A stretch of DNA of 38,370 nucleotides from Catajapyx aquilonaris. Lineage: Eukaryota. A program made the translations under genes and the position numbers. Within the stretch, counting starts at the first letter, position 1. Every line of letters starts with the position of its first letter. The notes under the pieces were generated by a model that worked only from the letters and a program-made list of their open reading frames with translations, had not been told where the DNA came from and did no database searches. Positions 1 to 13,700 of this stretch are shown in pieces. Location: the NCBI GenBank assembly GCA_000934665.2, contig KZ538974.1, forward strand, positions 1 through 38,370, in the 5' to 3' direction.

Positions 1-539
1 ACCCAAACCGTCCTTTCCTCGGAGGGCGTTTTCAGACTAGGATTCGGGTGGCTGGCAGAGGTAGATGCCTGTGGGGGCGCGCCAGCGCCAAATTACCCGG
101 ATGGCGGAGACTTTTATATTACACTACCGTATCGTATACCGTATCGTGTTTGTGTCAGGGGGCTGTCACGGGGCTGGTCACAGGGATCGGAGGGGGAAAC
201 CTATGTGAAAAAAACGGAGTTGCAGTGTGGTGGTGATTTTATTAACTGTGGCCGCCATGACAGTGTAGTGGAGGGAAAAACAAAGGGTCTTTCGGCTTCA
301 GGTTGATGGGGCTAGCGGCATTGGGTTAAGCGGTCTACTTTCTGTGCGTCATTGCCCTCACCCACCCTCACCACCTAAAAACCGTGCCCTCTATGCCGAC
401 TATGCGCCTCTATGCCATATAGGTTGTTTTTTTTCACGCCACCTAAAGCTCAACCCACACACTGTACTACACCCTCACATTTAAAACCCGCCTTCCTACC
501 ACTGCTTCCGAGAAAACCAGCCAGATTCTTCACGCCTCC

Positions 540-728
540 CGCATGACGTCATCCACCCCACCCNCCCCCCCCCCCCTCTCTGAATATCCATCACCCGTGC
601 TACCTTCAGCACAGTGATGGCCGCCCTTCTATTGGTCAGAGTGGCTCATTGCTGCAGCGGAAGATCCAACCCTACTAGAACGTTGCCGGAATCACAGATG
701 TCCGAAGGAGTCCGAGTCTGAGGTCAGT
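540..728 (+). promoter_or_regulatory. Candidate promoter and non-coding first exon of USP2
   Basis: CRE palindrome TGACGTCA at 544-551, reverse CCAAT (ATTGG) at 631-635, CpG-rich context and donor-like GAG|gtcagt at 722/723. The exon at 7226 starts with an acceptor, so an upstream exon is needed. Confidence 0.3.
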
Positions 729-1215
729 CCTTTTCTTAGGGTATGGTCAGGGGCAACTTCTCCAACTCCTTGAGAGTGACCCGCCCTTCGTGAGTTGTGC
801 CCGTGGGCGTATTTTAAAAGGAAGCGACAGAAATCCGGAATATTGACTCACCTGTCCTGCGGTATTATTATTATTACTATTGACGCGTGGGTATGTAGGT
901 CACGTTATCAGTAGGTCAAAAGGACAGAGATAAGATAATGTGTGTCAGTTTTAAATTCGGCCGGAATTAGACACTGCAAACAACCGGTTTCAGGCACACG
1001 TCATCACGCGAGCCGACGCGCGCAAGTGCCTCGAAATAATTTTTGACATAATTTTTGACATTTGCGATGTGATTTAAACCTCGGTTCCATCATGTGCACG
1101 TACCCTACATATTAGCTGTAGAGAGGTGGCCAAAAAATATGCCGGTCCATTTGGAGTCACGGGCAGAAATAAACGTTGCAAAAATGGAACACATACCTCC
1201 CCCCCCCCCCCCCCC

Positions 1216-1325
1216 NNNNNNNNNNNNNNNNNNNNNNNNNNNNNNNNNNNNNNNNNNNNNNNNNNNNNNNNNNNNNNNNNNNNNNNNNNNNNNNNNNNNN
1301 NNNNNNNNNNNNNNNNNNNNNNNNN
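1216..1325. other. Assembly gap (110 N) between a poly-C and a poly-G run
   Basis: N run flanked by homopolymers; single Ns also interrupt other G/C runs in the window. Confidence 0.98.
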
Positions 1326-4300
1326 GGGGGGGGGGGGGGCACGTTGTGTTGGAATTTCTGCATGGGATGAAGCGGCTGCGTAGCACAGGTGAATTTTATT
1401 CATTGCGTAAGGATTGCGTGAGAGGGGAAATAAAACGTGGGGGCGATTAATATGATGAAAGGACTTGACCTTGGCCTTGATAAGGGTTCCGCATAAAAAT
1501 GGCAGCCTCGCGGTTTTTGATGGGTATGACCTTGGGGCAAGGCTTGACGGTTTCTGCATGAGCCGTTCAGAACAATCGATTCAGCAACAATGCCCACGAC
1601 AATATGCTTTTTCTGTCATATTCCAACAAGTGAAGGTGTAGCTCAAATTGTGCGGATTTTGAACATTTTAAAAAGTATACGGTGCAGCTTGGTATTGCTT
1701 AATCTTGCAGAGAGTCTGGCACATTGAGGAAGCTGCAAGGGGCCCACTAGGCACAGTATTGCTAATTAATATTAATCGTGTTTTAATTAATCCAATAGTA
1801 CCGACAGAAAATGGATGATGAACAACTTAGCCTAGCAACAATAGTGGAACCCATCCAGCTTCCTGGGTTGGCTGTATATGAACCAGGTCCAGTTTTATTG
1901 GTGTTGCCTATATGTGACCGCATTGATTGTTAGGTCAAACGTTGCCAACATAGACACAAATTGACCATCTGATTGCATGTCAGCACTGATTATATCTGTT
2001 GGTACATCAAATTCTTTGGTGAAAACAACCTGTCACCACATATCCGCTGAAAGGGGTAGTCAGCCGTGAAGCAGGTGATGAACTTCCAAGTAATGCCAAT
2101 ATAAATCAATCATGCTGACAAAATTTAAGTGATCAACTCCATGGATTGGAAATATTGTTCCTGTGCACAATGTAAATGCCCCCAATGCCATTAATTCTGA
2201 AATTGCCCACGAGCCAACTGACAACCAATCCCACGCACCTTCAACATGTCCAGAATTTGCGAACATAGGCCCTGAAACGTGATCCGAACATGCCTGGATG
2301 CCTTGGTGTTTTTTTTTTTTTTTTTCAAGTTCTATTTCTGGGTGCCCGGCAGCACTCGATGGCTTATAGGAAAAGCAGGGCGTGTGTAGTGTGTAGTCTA
2401 GTGAGGTGAGGAAGAGACATTTTCCGAGCGTCGACCTTACCTGTCCCACTTTTAGAAACCTAGGCACATCCCAATTTGCGTAACCCGCCAAAATATTTTT
2501 CCCCCATGGTGAATTTATTCAACACAAAGTGCATTCGCTAATTACGGGCAGTTGGGTGCGTGACATGCAGGGCGGGGCTTGTTTTTTTAAAGAGACGAGT
2601 GGGTGAAAGGTCGATGGTATGGCTGCTGCCATGTACATGCGTCCTCGCTCCACATCTAGGTAGAAAAAGCCTGTCGAAGGCTGTCTATTTCGGTAGGGGA
2701 ACCCGTTACTATCGGAGTGGAGGCGTACCGACCAAAAATTTTGGTGCATGCTTGTGATCAAGTCATTTGGGGGCTGCTATATTAAGAACTGCATTCTTGG
2801 AGAGTAGGTCAAAGTGCGTGGAAATGGGTGCTGCGAACTAGGTTTGTGCCACAGAAAACTGTGACCGTCCGTATATTCTCGCGACTGTTTGGGCGTTGGA
2901 AATATTCTGTGAGCAAATGCGGGATGACATGTTTTGCGAAAAGAGTAATTATGTAATCAGTTTGTTTCAACACGTCGACTTTTCGCAAACATGTTGACTA
3001 TTTTCTGGCATGTCAGTTTGTTAATATAGGGTGTTCTAAGTGACAGGAGCCATTAGCTGTTTTGTGGCAATTATTTGATGAAGCTCAAAATGGAATTTAA
3101 AGACAGTTGACATCTGATGTCAAGGACTGCAGGCCAGATATGTAGTGACCAGTTAGGACGATGATTTTCGGCCCTATAACAAAATATTGATAACTAATGG
3201 GAATATTGGAAGGAGTGTCTGCACTGGCTGCAAACATGTCGAGCCCACCTAGTAGCAAAATTGCGAATCAGAAGGCTGCAAAATCAAGGTGGAGCTGGGC
3301 TGCGACACCAACGACAAGTTTCAGATCCAGTGTGCCACTTCCCATGATATTGCATGCAAACAGAGCTGTTTAGACAGGCGTTTCGAGGTATACCCCCGTA
3401 CAAGGGAACCAAACCGATTAGTGGTGGGGACACAAATTGTCTCAGACATATACCTTATGAATTATTTAGAAGAAGAAAAAATATAAGTTTACATGTGAAG
3501 AATGGGCCATGTGTCACATACCGACACACTAGTCATTTCCCAATCTTTTGTGGGTGCCATCGCGGTAAGGAGTCGGGAGTTACGTAATATCAAGGGGTGC
3601 AATCCGATAGTTGGGAGGGGAGTAGAGAGGGTTACGTTGGCTGGACTTGGAAGTTGGAAGGGCTGTGTTTTGCATGTGCTGGACGGATTTGCACCAACTC
3701 AGATGAAGGCGCGTGTGGTTTGTTGTTGCTTTTTTATTGTAGCGCATGACCTTTCTGACTAATAACCTGCCTGCCCCATTTAAGGCAATGGGGGGAGTGG
3801 TGTCACGCGATGCGTTACGATACTTTCCGTGGGGGGGGGGGGGGNGAGTGTACTGTACATCATTGAGTATGTATGGGACGGCCCTTGGCACTCTTGTTGA
3901 TCCGGTACTCCTGATGCGGTAGGCAACCAATAGTTGCATTTCCTGAATTTGACAGGAAATTACAGTATTTATTTTACGTTATTTACCTACTTACGTGACA
4001 TGATTTCACTCTCATGGGAGTTTTTTTCTATAGTGTTACCGGTACGTATTGCATTTTTTTACTAGTACGGTGTTGCTGCATTGCGTCCATAATAAGATTC
4101 ATGCAGGATTATTATTATTACTGTATTATTGTTGTTGTTGTTTAGCACGTGTGTAATCACGGAGGAGGTTAGGTGTGTCAATGATATTTGCACCTTATCC
4201 CCGGGAGAAGAGCTCAATATGATGTCGAGAGAGTAGCTCCACTATACCGCACTCGCATGCACGTATACGAGAGTGTAGAGCGGTCAAGGCCACACCAAGT

Positions 4301-4369
4301 TGGCAGGATCAATTTATCGGCGCGTGGGCAGATGAATGGCATAGAGTGAACAACATGGCGACCCCCAAA

Positions 4370-4480
4370 ATAGTTCGCCCCTCACGCGAGCCTGCAAACT
4401 TGACGTCACCACCCCGCTGGACCAATAGGGAGGCGCGAAGTGTGACGTAACGACTAGGGGGGAGGGGGGAGGGGGTGATG
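4370..4480. promoter_or_regulatory. CpG-rich motif cluster (CRE 4401-4408, CCAAT 4422-4426, second CRE-like TGACGTAA, G-tracts)
   Basis: Motifs read directly from the sequence; function is inferred. Confidence 0.3.
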
Positions 4481-7225
4481 ATGTCAGAACAAAGTATGGG
4501 CGTGCTATCGAACCGATCAAAATATTGCGGATATAGCCTCAACAACAGAAGAGAGGAATCGAGATGAATATTATTATTAGCCTCCGGTTAACATTGGCAA
4601 CTTGCAGGCTAGCGGGTGCCCGTGGGCGGGGAAGCAGTGGGCCGGGCGAAATGATCGATACTCTGGGAAGCTAGGTCACCGGCTTGAAGGACACCCGTAG
4701 TGTCCCCAGCATAACGGACACCGGTATTTCGCAGGGGATCAGAGCCGCTGCAAAGTACAACACCTTGCGCGTCATTTTGCACGCGCGTTTGCAGCAGTTT
4801 GCTCCTTACGAAACGTGGACCGGGTCCAAACATTGCCAAAGCAGGGTTGAAACAAGGTCAAGGGCGACATGACGGTGCACGTCGGTGTCAAATATATTGT
4901 GACCTTCAACCCGTGGCATGTCCTGCCCTGCCAAAGGTCGCTGGGAGAATTGGGCCGGCGGCTGGGGGAAATCGATTGTCTGCAGAAGCCATGATTTTTA
5001 GGAGAGCTTGCGTCTGACGGAGGTCTTTTTATAGAAGGTGACAAGTCAGACAAAAAGACGGTGGCGAAAGTGCTCTGCCTGACTTTGAATTGGGATGAGA
5101 GCAGGTTGAACAGCCCAACAATAGCACTGCTTTCCCTGGAAAAAGACCTTCGAGACATGTTGTTACGTCCTGGAGACGTGCAGGAAACTAGGATGAATCT
5201 ATATATAGGACACTGGGGGGGGGGGGGGGNGGGGGGGGGGATGGAGGACGCGGGACGACGACTTCAGCTACACCCGACGTTATTTGCGCAGAATGCCATC
5301 ATTCTGGAAGTCAATACTTACGTAATTGTGGCGTTGTAATGTGTGGAGTCCCATATGGCGCTGCGGTTTATCGTGTAATGCGATTAGTATATAGGGCCTT
5401 GTAAAAAGTGGGTAATCGTGAGGTTGGAAATCATGAAATGTCCCAAATGTTCCAGGGCGAATGTGTTTCTTGCAGGCGTATTGATTGAGGCGGAATTGCA
5501 TGTGATCAGGTAACATGTCGACGACTGGCCCAAGGGCTGGCGAAAAGGCCAGTAGTTACATGCATGAGAGAGACAGAAATGGCGAAGTTGAAGGCCCGAA
5601 ATAAACTGGTAGAAAGTAAATATAAAACTGATTTTGTGCAGTGATGGAATAGAGGCGGGAAGTCTGTGAACTAAGGGTGGGGGGAAAAAATGTTACCGAA
5701 GAAATGTCCAGGCCTCACCTGTAGTAGTGTTAAATACCTGCCGCATCCGTACAAGTGCATGAATACTAAATTAATTGCTGGTCGTGTTACATTGCCACAA
5801 TAGCGGATACACTCTCGGTGTAATAAAATCGATATAATGTTGCTCGGTTCTACGAAATGAGGCCAGCTTCCAGCCTGGTGGAATTCCACCAAGCAAGTGA
5901 TATAATTTGTTTTGCCCAATTACTGTTTTGAAGGTAGTAGCGAATCGAGTTACTCGGGTGTCGTTTTATTCCAGACCAAGCCAGATCAAATTGATGACTT
6001 TCCACTCTGAACTGCTTGGTACATATACGTACGGCAAGTCTACTGACTTTGAATATGCGGCGGCAGATTCCGGCTGAATTTTCCGCAATAGGCAGGTTTC
6101 CACGATACTCAGGGTCCGCTTTAGACATGTCTCACTGTACTACAGGGTGACCCAAAAGTATGGACACATAGATAATTGTATGCATTGTTGGTTGCCAGTT
6201 GTCAACCAATAATACAATTGAAGAATGGTCATGCACAAGGCTGTAAGTGCCAAAAATGAGAAAATCGACTTTATCACTGCTCTATGTCCCATGGACAATG
6301 CTGTGAAAAATACTCAGTCCAAGCTCCTAGCCTGACCTTGTCATCTGCCAGAAATGTTTAAAGATGACAATGTTATATCTCCACCATGCAATTCGGAAGA
6401 AAGAAATGCAATTATCTCGAAACTGTTTTTTTTTTGGCACTTGTGCATGTCCACTCCTCAATTACATATATGTCCAGATTTTTAGGTCGCCCTGGTTACT
6501 TGCACCGAATCTTGGATTTAATTTTGACCGCATCTGCACTGTTCAGAGAGAAACAACCACTAAAAATTGTACAGCGGCTTTGTAAAAGACAGCACTAGTG
6601 TTGTGCCATCCCCTAAATTATTATCAGTGATTTTCCGCGAATAATCAAATCGATGTTTTAAATTTCAATGTATTCCTGTAGTGGGCCTCGAGGGATCACT
6701 CGAACAATCGTTGAAAAGCTGGACCTGACCAGCAATAATTTAAAAAAATTATAGGTCTAGTATCTGCTCGTCTATTGATAGGTATAACTAAGTGGTCGTT
6801 TTGGAGCGATTCCATCCAGCAATATTCAACGACCCCTGAACCACTTTGGTGAGCGGTCTGCGAGCCAGCCGTTGCATCATCATTGGTGGGGTTCTTCTCA
6901 TAGGCAGGACGTCCCTATGATTGCAATGCATGTAACTCATTTGCCATAACTGGGAGCTGAGAAGGACTCATTAGGACGTTCTGAAGAGCAGGACAAAGGC
7001 AATGTTAATTAGCAAGGTGGTGCTTTGGGAGGCAGAGGTTGATGTAATATTGCTGGTCCGAGTGTTTTCCTTTCGAGAGGGTGCAACACTCCTGTGGCTC
7101 CACCACGCCCTCGCTGGTCTAAATTTACGCAAGGGGTCGGGTGCCAAAGAGAGGGTTTGGTTGTAGATGGAGCTCCCTGAGGTATCAGTCTGACGAAAAC
7201 GTTTCTTCCTCCGTTGCACCCGCAG

Positions 7226-7755
7226 ATTCAGTGAGGCTGTGGAGTGCCAATGCCACGTGTTGGAGCCGACCAGGTGAATCGGTTGGCGGCCACACGTAAG
7301 TGAATCAAAAGGATCATCATAGCTATCCGAGGCGGCGGCAGAGGTGCCAAAAGGATGCCCGTACCGGCGTCTCCTTCGTCCAGTAGGAGGGAGTGCCTGT
7401 CGTACTCCCTGTCCTCGTACTCCAGCAGCTACCGTCCGGCAAGTCTGGACCGATCGTACACCTCCCGAGCGTACAGCAGCTATGGGAGCCACAAGGATTC
7501 GACAGCCACCGGGTCCAGCAGCAGCTCCAGTTACAGCACCTACCACAGCATGTCCCGACCACCCAGGCCCACTGTGGACAGGGGCAAAGGGGATACTCTG
7601 GGGGAGACTCGTGGGTCAAGGTTCACTAGCAAGTACCTTAGCACCAGCTCGCAAAGTTCTCCATCCAGGACCACGTATTCCTCCCGTATTGGGAGTGACC
7701 TAGCTGAATCCATCCTGAGGAAGGAAGCAACCGCTTCGGCGCTACGAGCCTCCAG
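7226..7755 (+). CDS. USP2: USP2 first coding exon (acceptor before 7226, ATG 7355, Ser/Tyr/Arg-rich [14 protein letters not shown]..., phase-2 donor)
   Basis: Pyrimidine tract ttcttcctccgttgcacccgcag ends at 7225. ORF 7355 runs to CAG|gtaggt at 7755/7756. The 401 coding nt leave AG, which the next exon's G completes. Confidence 0.75.
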
Positions 7756-10700
7756 GTAGGTGTCTGGTGTCTTGTATGGCCTTCGGTTGTGGATGGCCTT
7801 TCTCGGAGATGCTCCGGTTGCCCGGTATCGCTGCCCGGTTTGTGGTGGCCGTAATGTGGGTACGATTGGAGCAGTGCGTCGGACTGGGTGTGAACGCGTT
7901 ATTTTTAAAATTCGTGAATGAGGACTGCAGCTAGTCGATCTCGAGTCTGTATAAATATATATCATATGTAATAAAATTGGGGGCTAATTAGGTTTGATAC
8001 CCGGCAATTGTTAGGAGAAGATGCGGTATAAGGAAATTCAGCGTGTAGTTATTGTTTTATTGCCATTATGTTGCAAAAATTGCTCTCTCAGGCGCTGTCT
8101 CAGGAGGCACAGAGTGTATAAGTTGCAATCTAGCAACACAATATTCAAGTACTCTTGAAATATCGGCAAAACCTACGGCCAGCAGTGTTTTGTGATAGAC
8201 TTTTTCCTGAACCCTCTGGACGCGCTAATTCTGCATAGCATAATGGAAAATTCCATAAAATTATGGCCACCATAAGTCGAGTACAGATATCAGTGTCCTT
8301 AATCGGTCTACTAAAAGATCCAGAAGGAAACCATATGTTTCTGAGAAACTCATCTCGTGACATTCTCAGTCAATTATTATGGGAGCTGACAATGTGCACA
8401 AAGGTGGTACTGATGTGCCACCCGGATCTCTTGGGCAATTAGTTTGTTGCAAAACTGCCATAGGTGTAGGTCGTAGATAGATATCCGGTAAGCAGGAGCC
8501 ATTATAACCAGAGATAGACGACACAAACAACGTGTAGCAATGCTGAGTTGGCGGTATTACGCAAGCAAACAAGCATGCTGAGGTCCTGTATCTCCAGGTC
8601 GCAGTAAAATGTGGACTTCGCAGTTCTCTCCACCATGGCAGGGAGTTCAGAAGCGGGGAGATCTTATTTTAAATTCCTGGGATGCAACGTGTTACACAAT
8701 GGTGTTTTGAGAATGCGCTATATATGCATTGTAAACTTGACAATATTTCTGATGAGTATAGGCGTTCATAGTGCTGCTTGTATAGCCATCCTGCTCACAC
8801 TTGTATGCCGAGAATAATGGAGTTTCATAAGCGAAGCTGTCATATTGGTAGAAAATGTAAATATAAATGTTCTTCACGGTATGACAGGTCGTCGTGTACA
8901 AATGATGTCATGATCCAGTTCACTGTGTACTCACTACTTCATAGTTCATAGTTCTCATAAGCAGAAAGTTGTATGTGCCAGGACTTGAACTAATTATGGC
9001 AGTGAAATGAGCTGCATTGCCTTTGAAAAATCCGACTTAAATATTCTACGATATCGACTCCCAGATTTCCTTTAATTCAATTTTTAAACATGCATTCTGC
9101 ACTTTAATTTTGAGTCAGTTATATACCCATCGAACAGCATTTGCATATATTGGGAGATTTGATACTTCACAGCATTAATTTTTTTTATCAAATTACATAT
9201 GCATCTAGATGTGACTTTGTTTATCCTGATTCGTGTATACATAATATTGTACATTGATTCACAGAATACACAATTTGCTGGAGGCATGTCTTCAACATGC
9301 ACCATTTTTCGATGTTTTTTATTTTAAATGCTGAATTATATGTTCAATACATTTTTCAGTGCAGTGCAGTAGCTATATTGTACAACATGGTCTGGTCCAC
9401 CTTAGCAAGTATCGATATAGGCCTACAACTTTTAATATTTTTATTTTTATTACATAAATCACATTGTTATTCTCGACCTTTCCATACAGTTTATGGCTTG
9501 CTGATTGTACAGAAATCCCACAAGTAATCCTACACAGTACGTGGCGTTTCTCTTGCTTGACCATTCTCAACTTCATGTGCAAGGTAAACAGCAGCTGGAT
9601 TCTTGAACGGATCCAGCAAGTAATACGTATCTGCTGCACAAGGCAGCTGCAAATTATTGTTGTTGCTATTGTTGCCATTAACAACGTAGCCTACACCAGT
9701 ACACCATACATATTATTGTACTGTACATCACCCCAAGGAGTGTAGTAATTTTCATAGGTAGCCCTAAATATCTAACTTTAAGGTAAATAGGACCATCAAA
9801 AAAAGCCTTTGAAACCATTCAGTGGACAACAGTGTAGGCGACCATTGACGTTATACATTATACAGGGTGATCCGAAAGTATGAATAAGTAGGTAATTGTA
9901 TTGTTGGTTGGCAATAATTGCCAACCAACAATACGATACAATTACGATAACTGTGTCCAGATTTGGGAAGCGAAACGCCCGACATTCTCATCCTAAGAAT
10001 GTGTTGTTGCTAGCGCCATATGGTGGGATATTATCGCCACCATTTGAACCGTGCCATGGAATTACCCCACAAAAATGTGAGTATTCATAACTGTGAGCAT
10101 AAAAAGCGAGACATAAAGGTGTGACGTGACCATGAGAATAATGATGTTGGCTACCCTGTATTGTGCGTTGTTGACTGACAACAATTAGGCCACTGAGTGA
10201 ATATCCAGTTTCAAAATGAAACAGTCGTCGATTCTAGGGACTCCAGCCGTCGACGAGATTCCGGCTACGGCAGTTCACTGACCAGCACATATTCAGATCG
10301 CTCGTCTAGCCGCTACTCGACCTCACCTTGGAAGGAGACATCTACCACCGCAAGCACCATGAATGGCACTAGCAGCACCCGTTCCAAGTTGTCCCACGAC
10401 GCAGACGGAGAGAGTTCATCGCCCACAGGCAGCCGCTTCCTCCGTCGTACCAGTGGAACAACCGACACACGCTCGTCCTCCTCGTCGCCATCACGTCTGC
10501 TGGGAGTGAACCGTCGAGGATTGGACAACAGAAGGACCAGCAACGAGGTAACTAGCAACGGCGAACCTCCTAGTCAGCAGAAGAGCGGCGCATCAGCCGC
10601 GGGGTCGCCGTCGCCCGAGCCCAGCGAGGATGCCAACGGAAACCGATTGCCAGTTTCCGAGCTCCGGCGCCTCTTCGACACCAACGCCAACTGCAACGGG

Positions 10701-13700
10701 GCGTCGGGCAGGGCGGCCCCGTCCACTTCTAACCGATCCTCCCCGTCCATGACCCTAGCCAGCCCCGAGCACCGGGGGGAAGAAGCTGCGGACGACGAGG
10801 ATGACGACGACGACGACGAGGCCTCCACAGCCGCGGCGGCCGCTGCTGACGACTCGGCCGCCGAAGAGGCTGAGGAGGATAAGCAGACCAGAAACGGGAC
10901 TAGGTCTTCGTCCTCGTCGTCGTCGTCCTCCTCCTGCTCGTCCTCAGATTCCCCGACACCAACGGCGTCTGGGGCGCGCCGTGATGTGTCATGGACCACT
11001 CCTAACGATTCTCACAGAAGCCGGAGCCGCAGCAGCGGTACCGGCACATCCTCACCTACCCCTTCCAATTCTTCCTTTCCTTCCCAGGCGGGTAGCCCTC
11101 TAACAACCCGACGCACCAGCCGTAACGCCACCACCAACGGCGTCAACACCGACGCCAATGTGAGTAATACCGCTTGCTCTTGTTCCTCTGTCTCTTTTCT
11201 CTCTCTTTAACTGGTACGTCAACACGGGTCGGGTTCATTTGGTTGGCGCCTCTGGCCAACACAACCTCGGATGCCAATGAAATGAACCGCGGACCACTCC
11301 GATTCCTACATGCTTGGCCATACCGACTCTTCGCTGCCTTGGCCTGCCAGGAAATGTATCAATGTCACATTGTTCCCGTTCCGATTGACACACGTTAGAT
11401 GCATGCTTGCAGGGTTGTCGCACCCAGGGTCCATATACGAGGAAACTCCCCAAGCGTCGTCCATGCACCCGATCGGCATGAGACAATTGGGGGTTGCGTG
11501 TAAGAGCACATTGGAAAGCTTTGTCCGCGTACCCCCAAGGAGACTGGGAGGGTACAGCGGCGTCGGAGGGAGTATCCGCCGTCGGCACCAGTTGCGCTAT
11601 TCTTAGCCTCTCCCCATTTAGTTCCCGGCATCTGAAAAAAGCCTTGAGACCGTCCATGGTATTGGGCCGTGGAAGGAAGGGGTCATGTTATTCGGTGTCG
11701 CCTGCTGGTGCTGGATGCTGCACTGTGGCGCATGCCGCCTGAGCACCAAGCACCCGCCGTCGACGGCACTGAATAAACCCGGATGGCTCGAGCTGGCCCA
11801 TTTCCTCTGGCAAATCTGGCTCCTAGTCGCTCTGGCCTTTTGGTCACTCTATCTGCTCTCCATACTGCTGGGGCACCTGGTGCCCAAGGTAAGAAGGGGG
11901 ACCCCCAGCGCCGGGAGTACATTTCGCGAATATGGTTATTTTTAGAGGTGGGGAGGGTGGGGGTGTATGCCAGGGTGTAATGCGGCGGAGAATAAAAAGG
12001 AGGGGGAAAATAAGAGCGTCCGTGGATTATAATTAGAGCTCCGGTTTTTGTATCGCGCGCGGTGCATTTCGGGCGCCATGTTTTTGCAGACTAAATCGAG
12101 GGATGAGGAGATCGGGGTGGAAGCGTGTGCATCAGGTTTCAAGTGGTTATGCCGGCTCGTACACTGTGTGTACTGTTCCGGGGGTTAGCATATCAGCGAT
12201 TTTTCCCACATTTTCAATGGACCGCCAAGAGTTGGTAAAAGGCTAAATTAACTGCGGTTAGCACCTGCATCAGCTGGGTCTTTGGCGATTAGTGTGGTTG
12301 CGGTTGGGGGTTTCCAACGCGACACAAGTACAAGGCCCGTGTGAACCCGGTTTTCGTAGAATCCGAATTATCATCCTATTCCTTCTCCCTTTTTCCTAGA
12401 CGTCCCTCCTAGCATCCCAGCCTCCCCATGCTTCAGAGGCGTCCCAGACTTTCCGGATTTCCCGGATTCCTAGACCTCAAGAGGCTACCCGGACTTCCCG
12501 GATTTCTAGGCCTCCCGACGCTACTCGGACTTCCCATGCTTCAGAGGCTTCCAAGACTGCCCGGAATACCCAGACTTCCCGGATTCCTAGGCCTCCCGAA
12601 GCTACCCGGACTGTCCGGAATCCCATGACTTCCTGGAAAACCCAGGCTTCCCAGATTCCTAGGCCTCCCGAAGCTACCCGGACTGTCCGGAATCCCATGA
12701 CTTCCTGGAAAACCCAGGCTTCCCGGATTCCTAGGCCTCCCGAAGCTACCCGGACTGTCCGGAATACCATGACTTCCTGGAAAACCCAGTCTTCCCGGAT
12801 TCCTAGGCCTCCCGAAGCTACCCGGACTGTCCGGAATCCCATGACTTCCTGGAAAACCCAGGCTTCCCGGATTTCCAGGCATCCCGAAGCTACCGGGACT
12901 GTCCGGAATCCCATGACTTCCTGGAAAACCCAGGCTTCCCGGATTTCTAGGCCTCCCGACGCTACCCGAACTTCCCATGCTTCAGAGGCTTCCCAGGCTT
13001 CCCGGATTCCTAGGCCTCCTGACGCTACCCGGACTCCCCATGCTTCAGAGGCTTCCAACACTGCCCGGAACACCCAGACTTTTCGGGTTCCTAGGGCTCC
13101 TGAGGCTCTCCAGACTTCCCATGCTTCAGAGGCTTCCCAGACTGCCCGGAATATCCAGACGTTCCGGGTTCCTAGGTTTCCCGCGGATATGCAGACTTCT
13201 CACGCTTCAGAGGATTCCCAGACTGCCCGGAATACCCAGACTTTTCGGGTTCCTAGGCCTCCTGAGGCTCTCCAGACTTCCCATGCTTCAGAGGCGACAC
13301 AGGCTGCCCGGAATATCCAGACGTTCCGGGTTCCTAGGTTTCCCGTGGATATCTGGACTTCCCATGCTGCAGAGACTTCCCAGACTGTCCGGAATACCGA
13401 GACTTTTCGGGTTCCTAGGCCTCCTGAGGCTCTCCAGACCTCCCATGCTTCAGAGGCTTCCCAGACTGTCCGGGATACCGAGACTTTTCGGTTTCCTGGG
13501 TCTCCCGATGCTACCTGGACTTCCCACAAGTCCAAGCCATCCCCGACTTTCCTGACCTTCGAGGCATCCCGGACTTCACACATATCCGATGCATCCCGGA
13601 CTTGCCAGACCTCTGAACCAGCCTCGACTTCCAGTATTTCCCAGAAATCCGAGTTTCCCCTGACCGATGATGCTCACCTGAATTTCACAACCGGCCATAA

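Noticed and set aside
1074..1559. ORFs spanning poly-C, N run and poly-G
   Set aside because: They are open only because of the assembly gap.
10313..10999. Antisense ORFs over exon 2 (and similar ones over exon 1)
   Set aside because: Shadow frames of GC-rich low-complexity coding sequence.
12541..12978. Collagen-like Gly-X-Y ORF on the minus strand
   Set aside because: The Gly periodicity is broken regularly and follows from the 9-bp repeat subunit. Splice signals support the + strand frame instead.
12420..13620. CRISPR-like array
   Set aside because: Units are contiguous tandem repeats without unique spacers, in a spliced eukaryotic gene with no cas genes.
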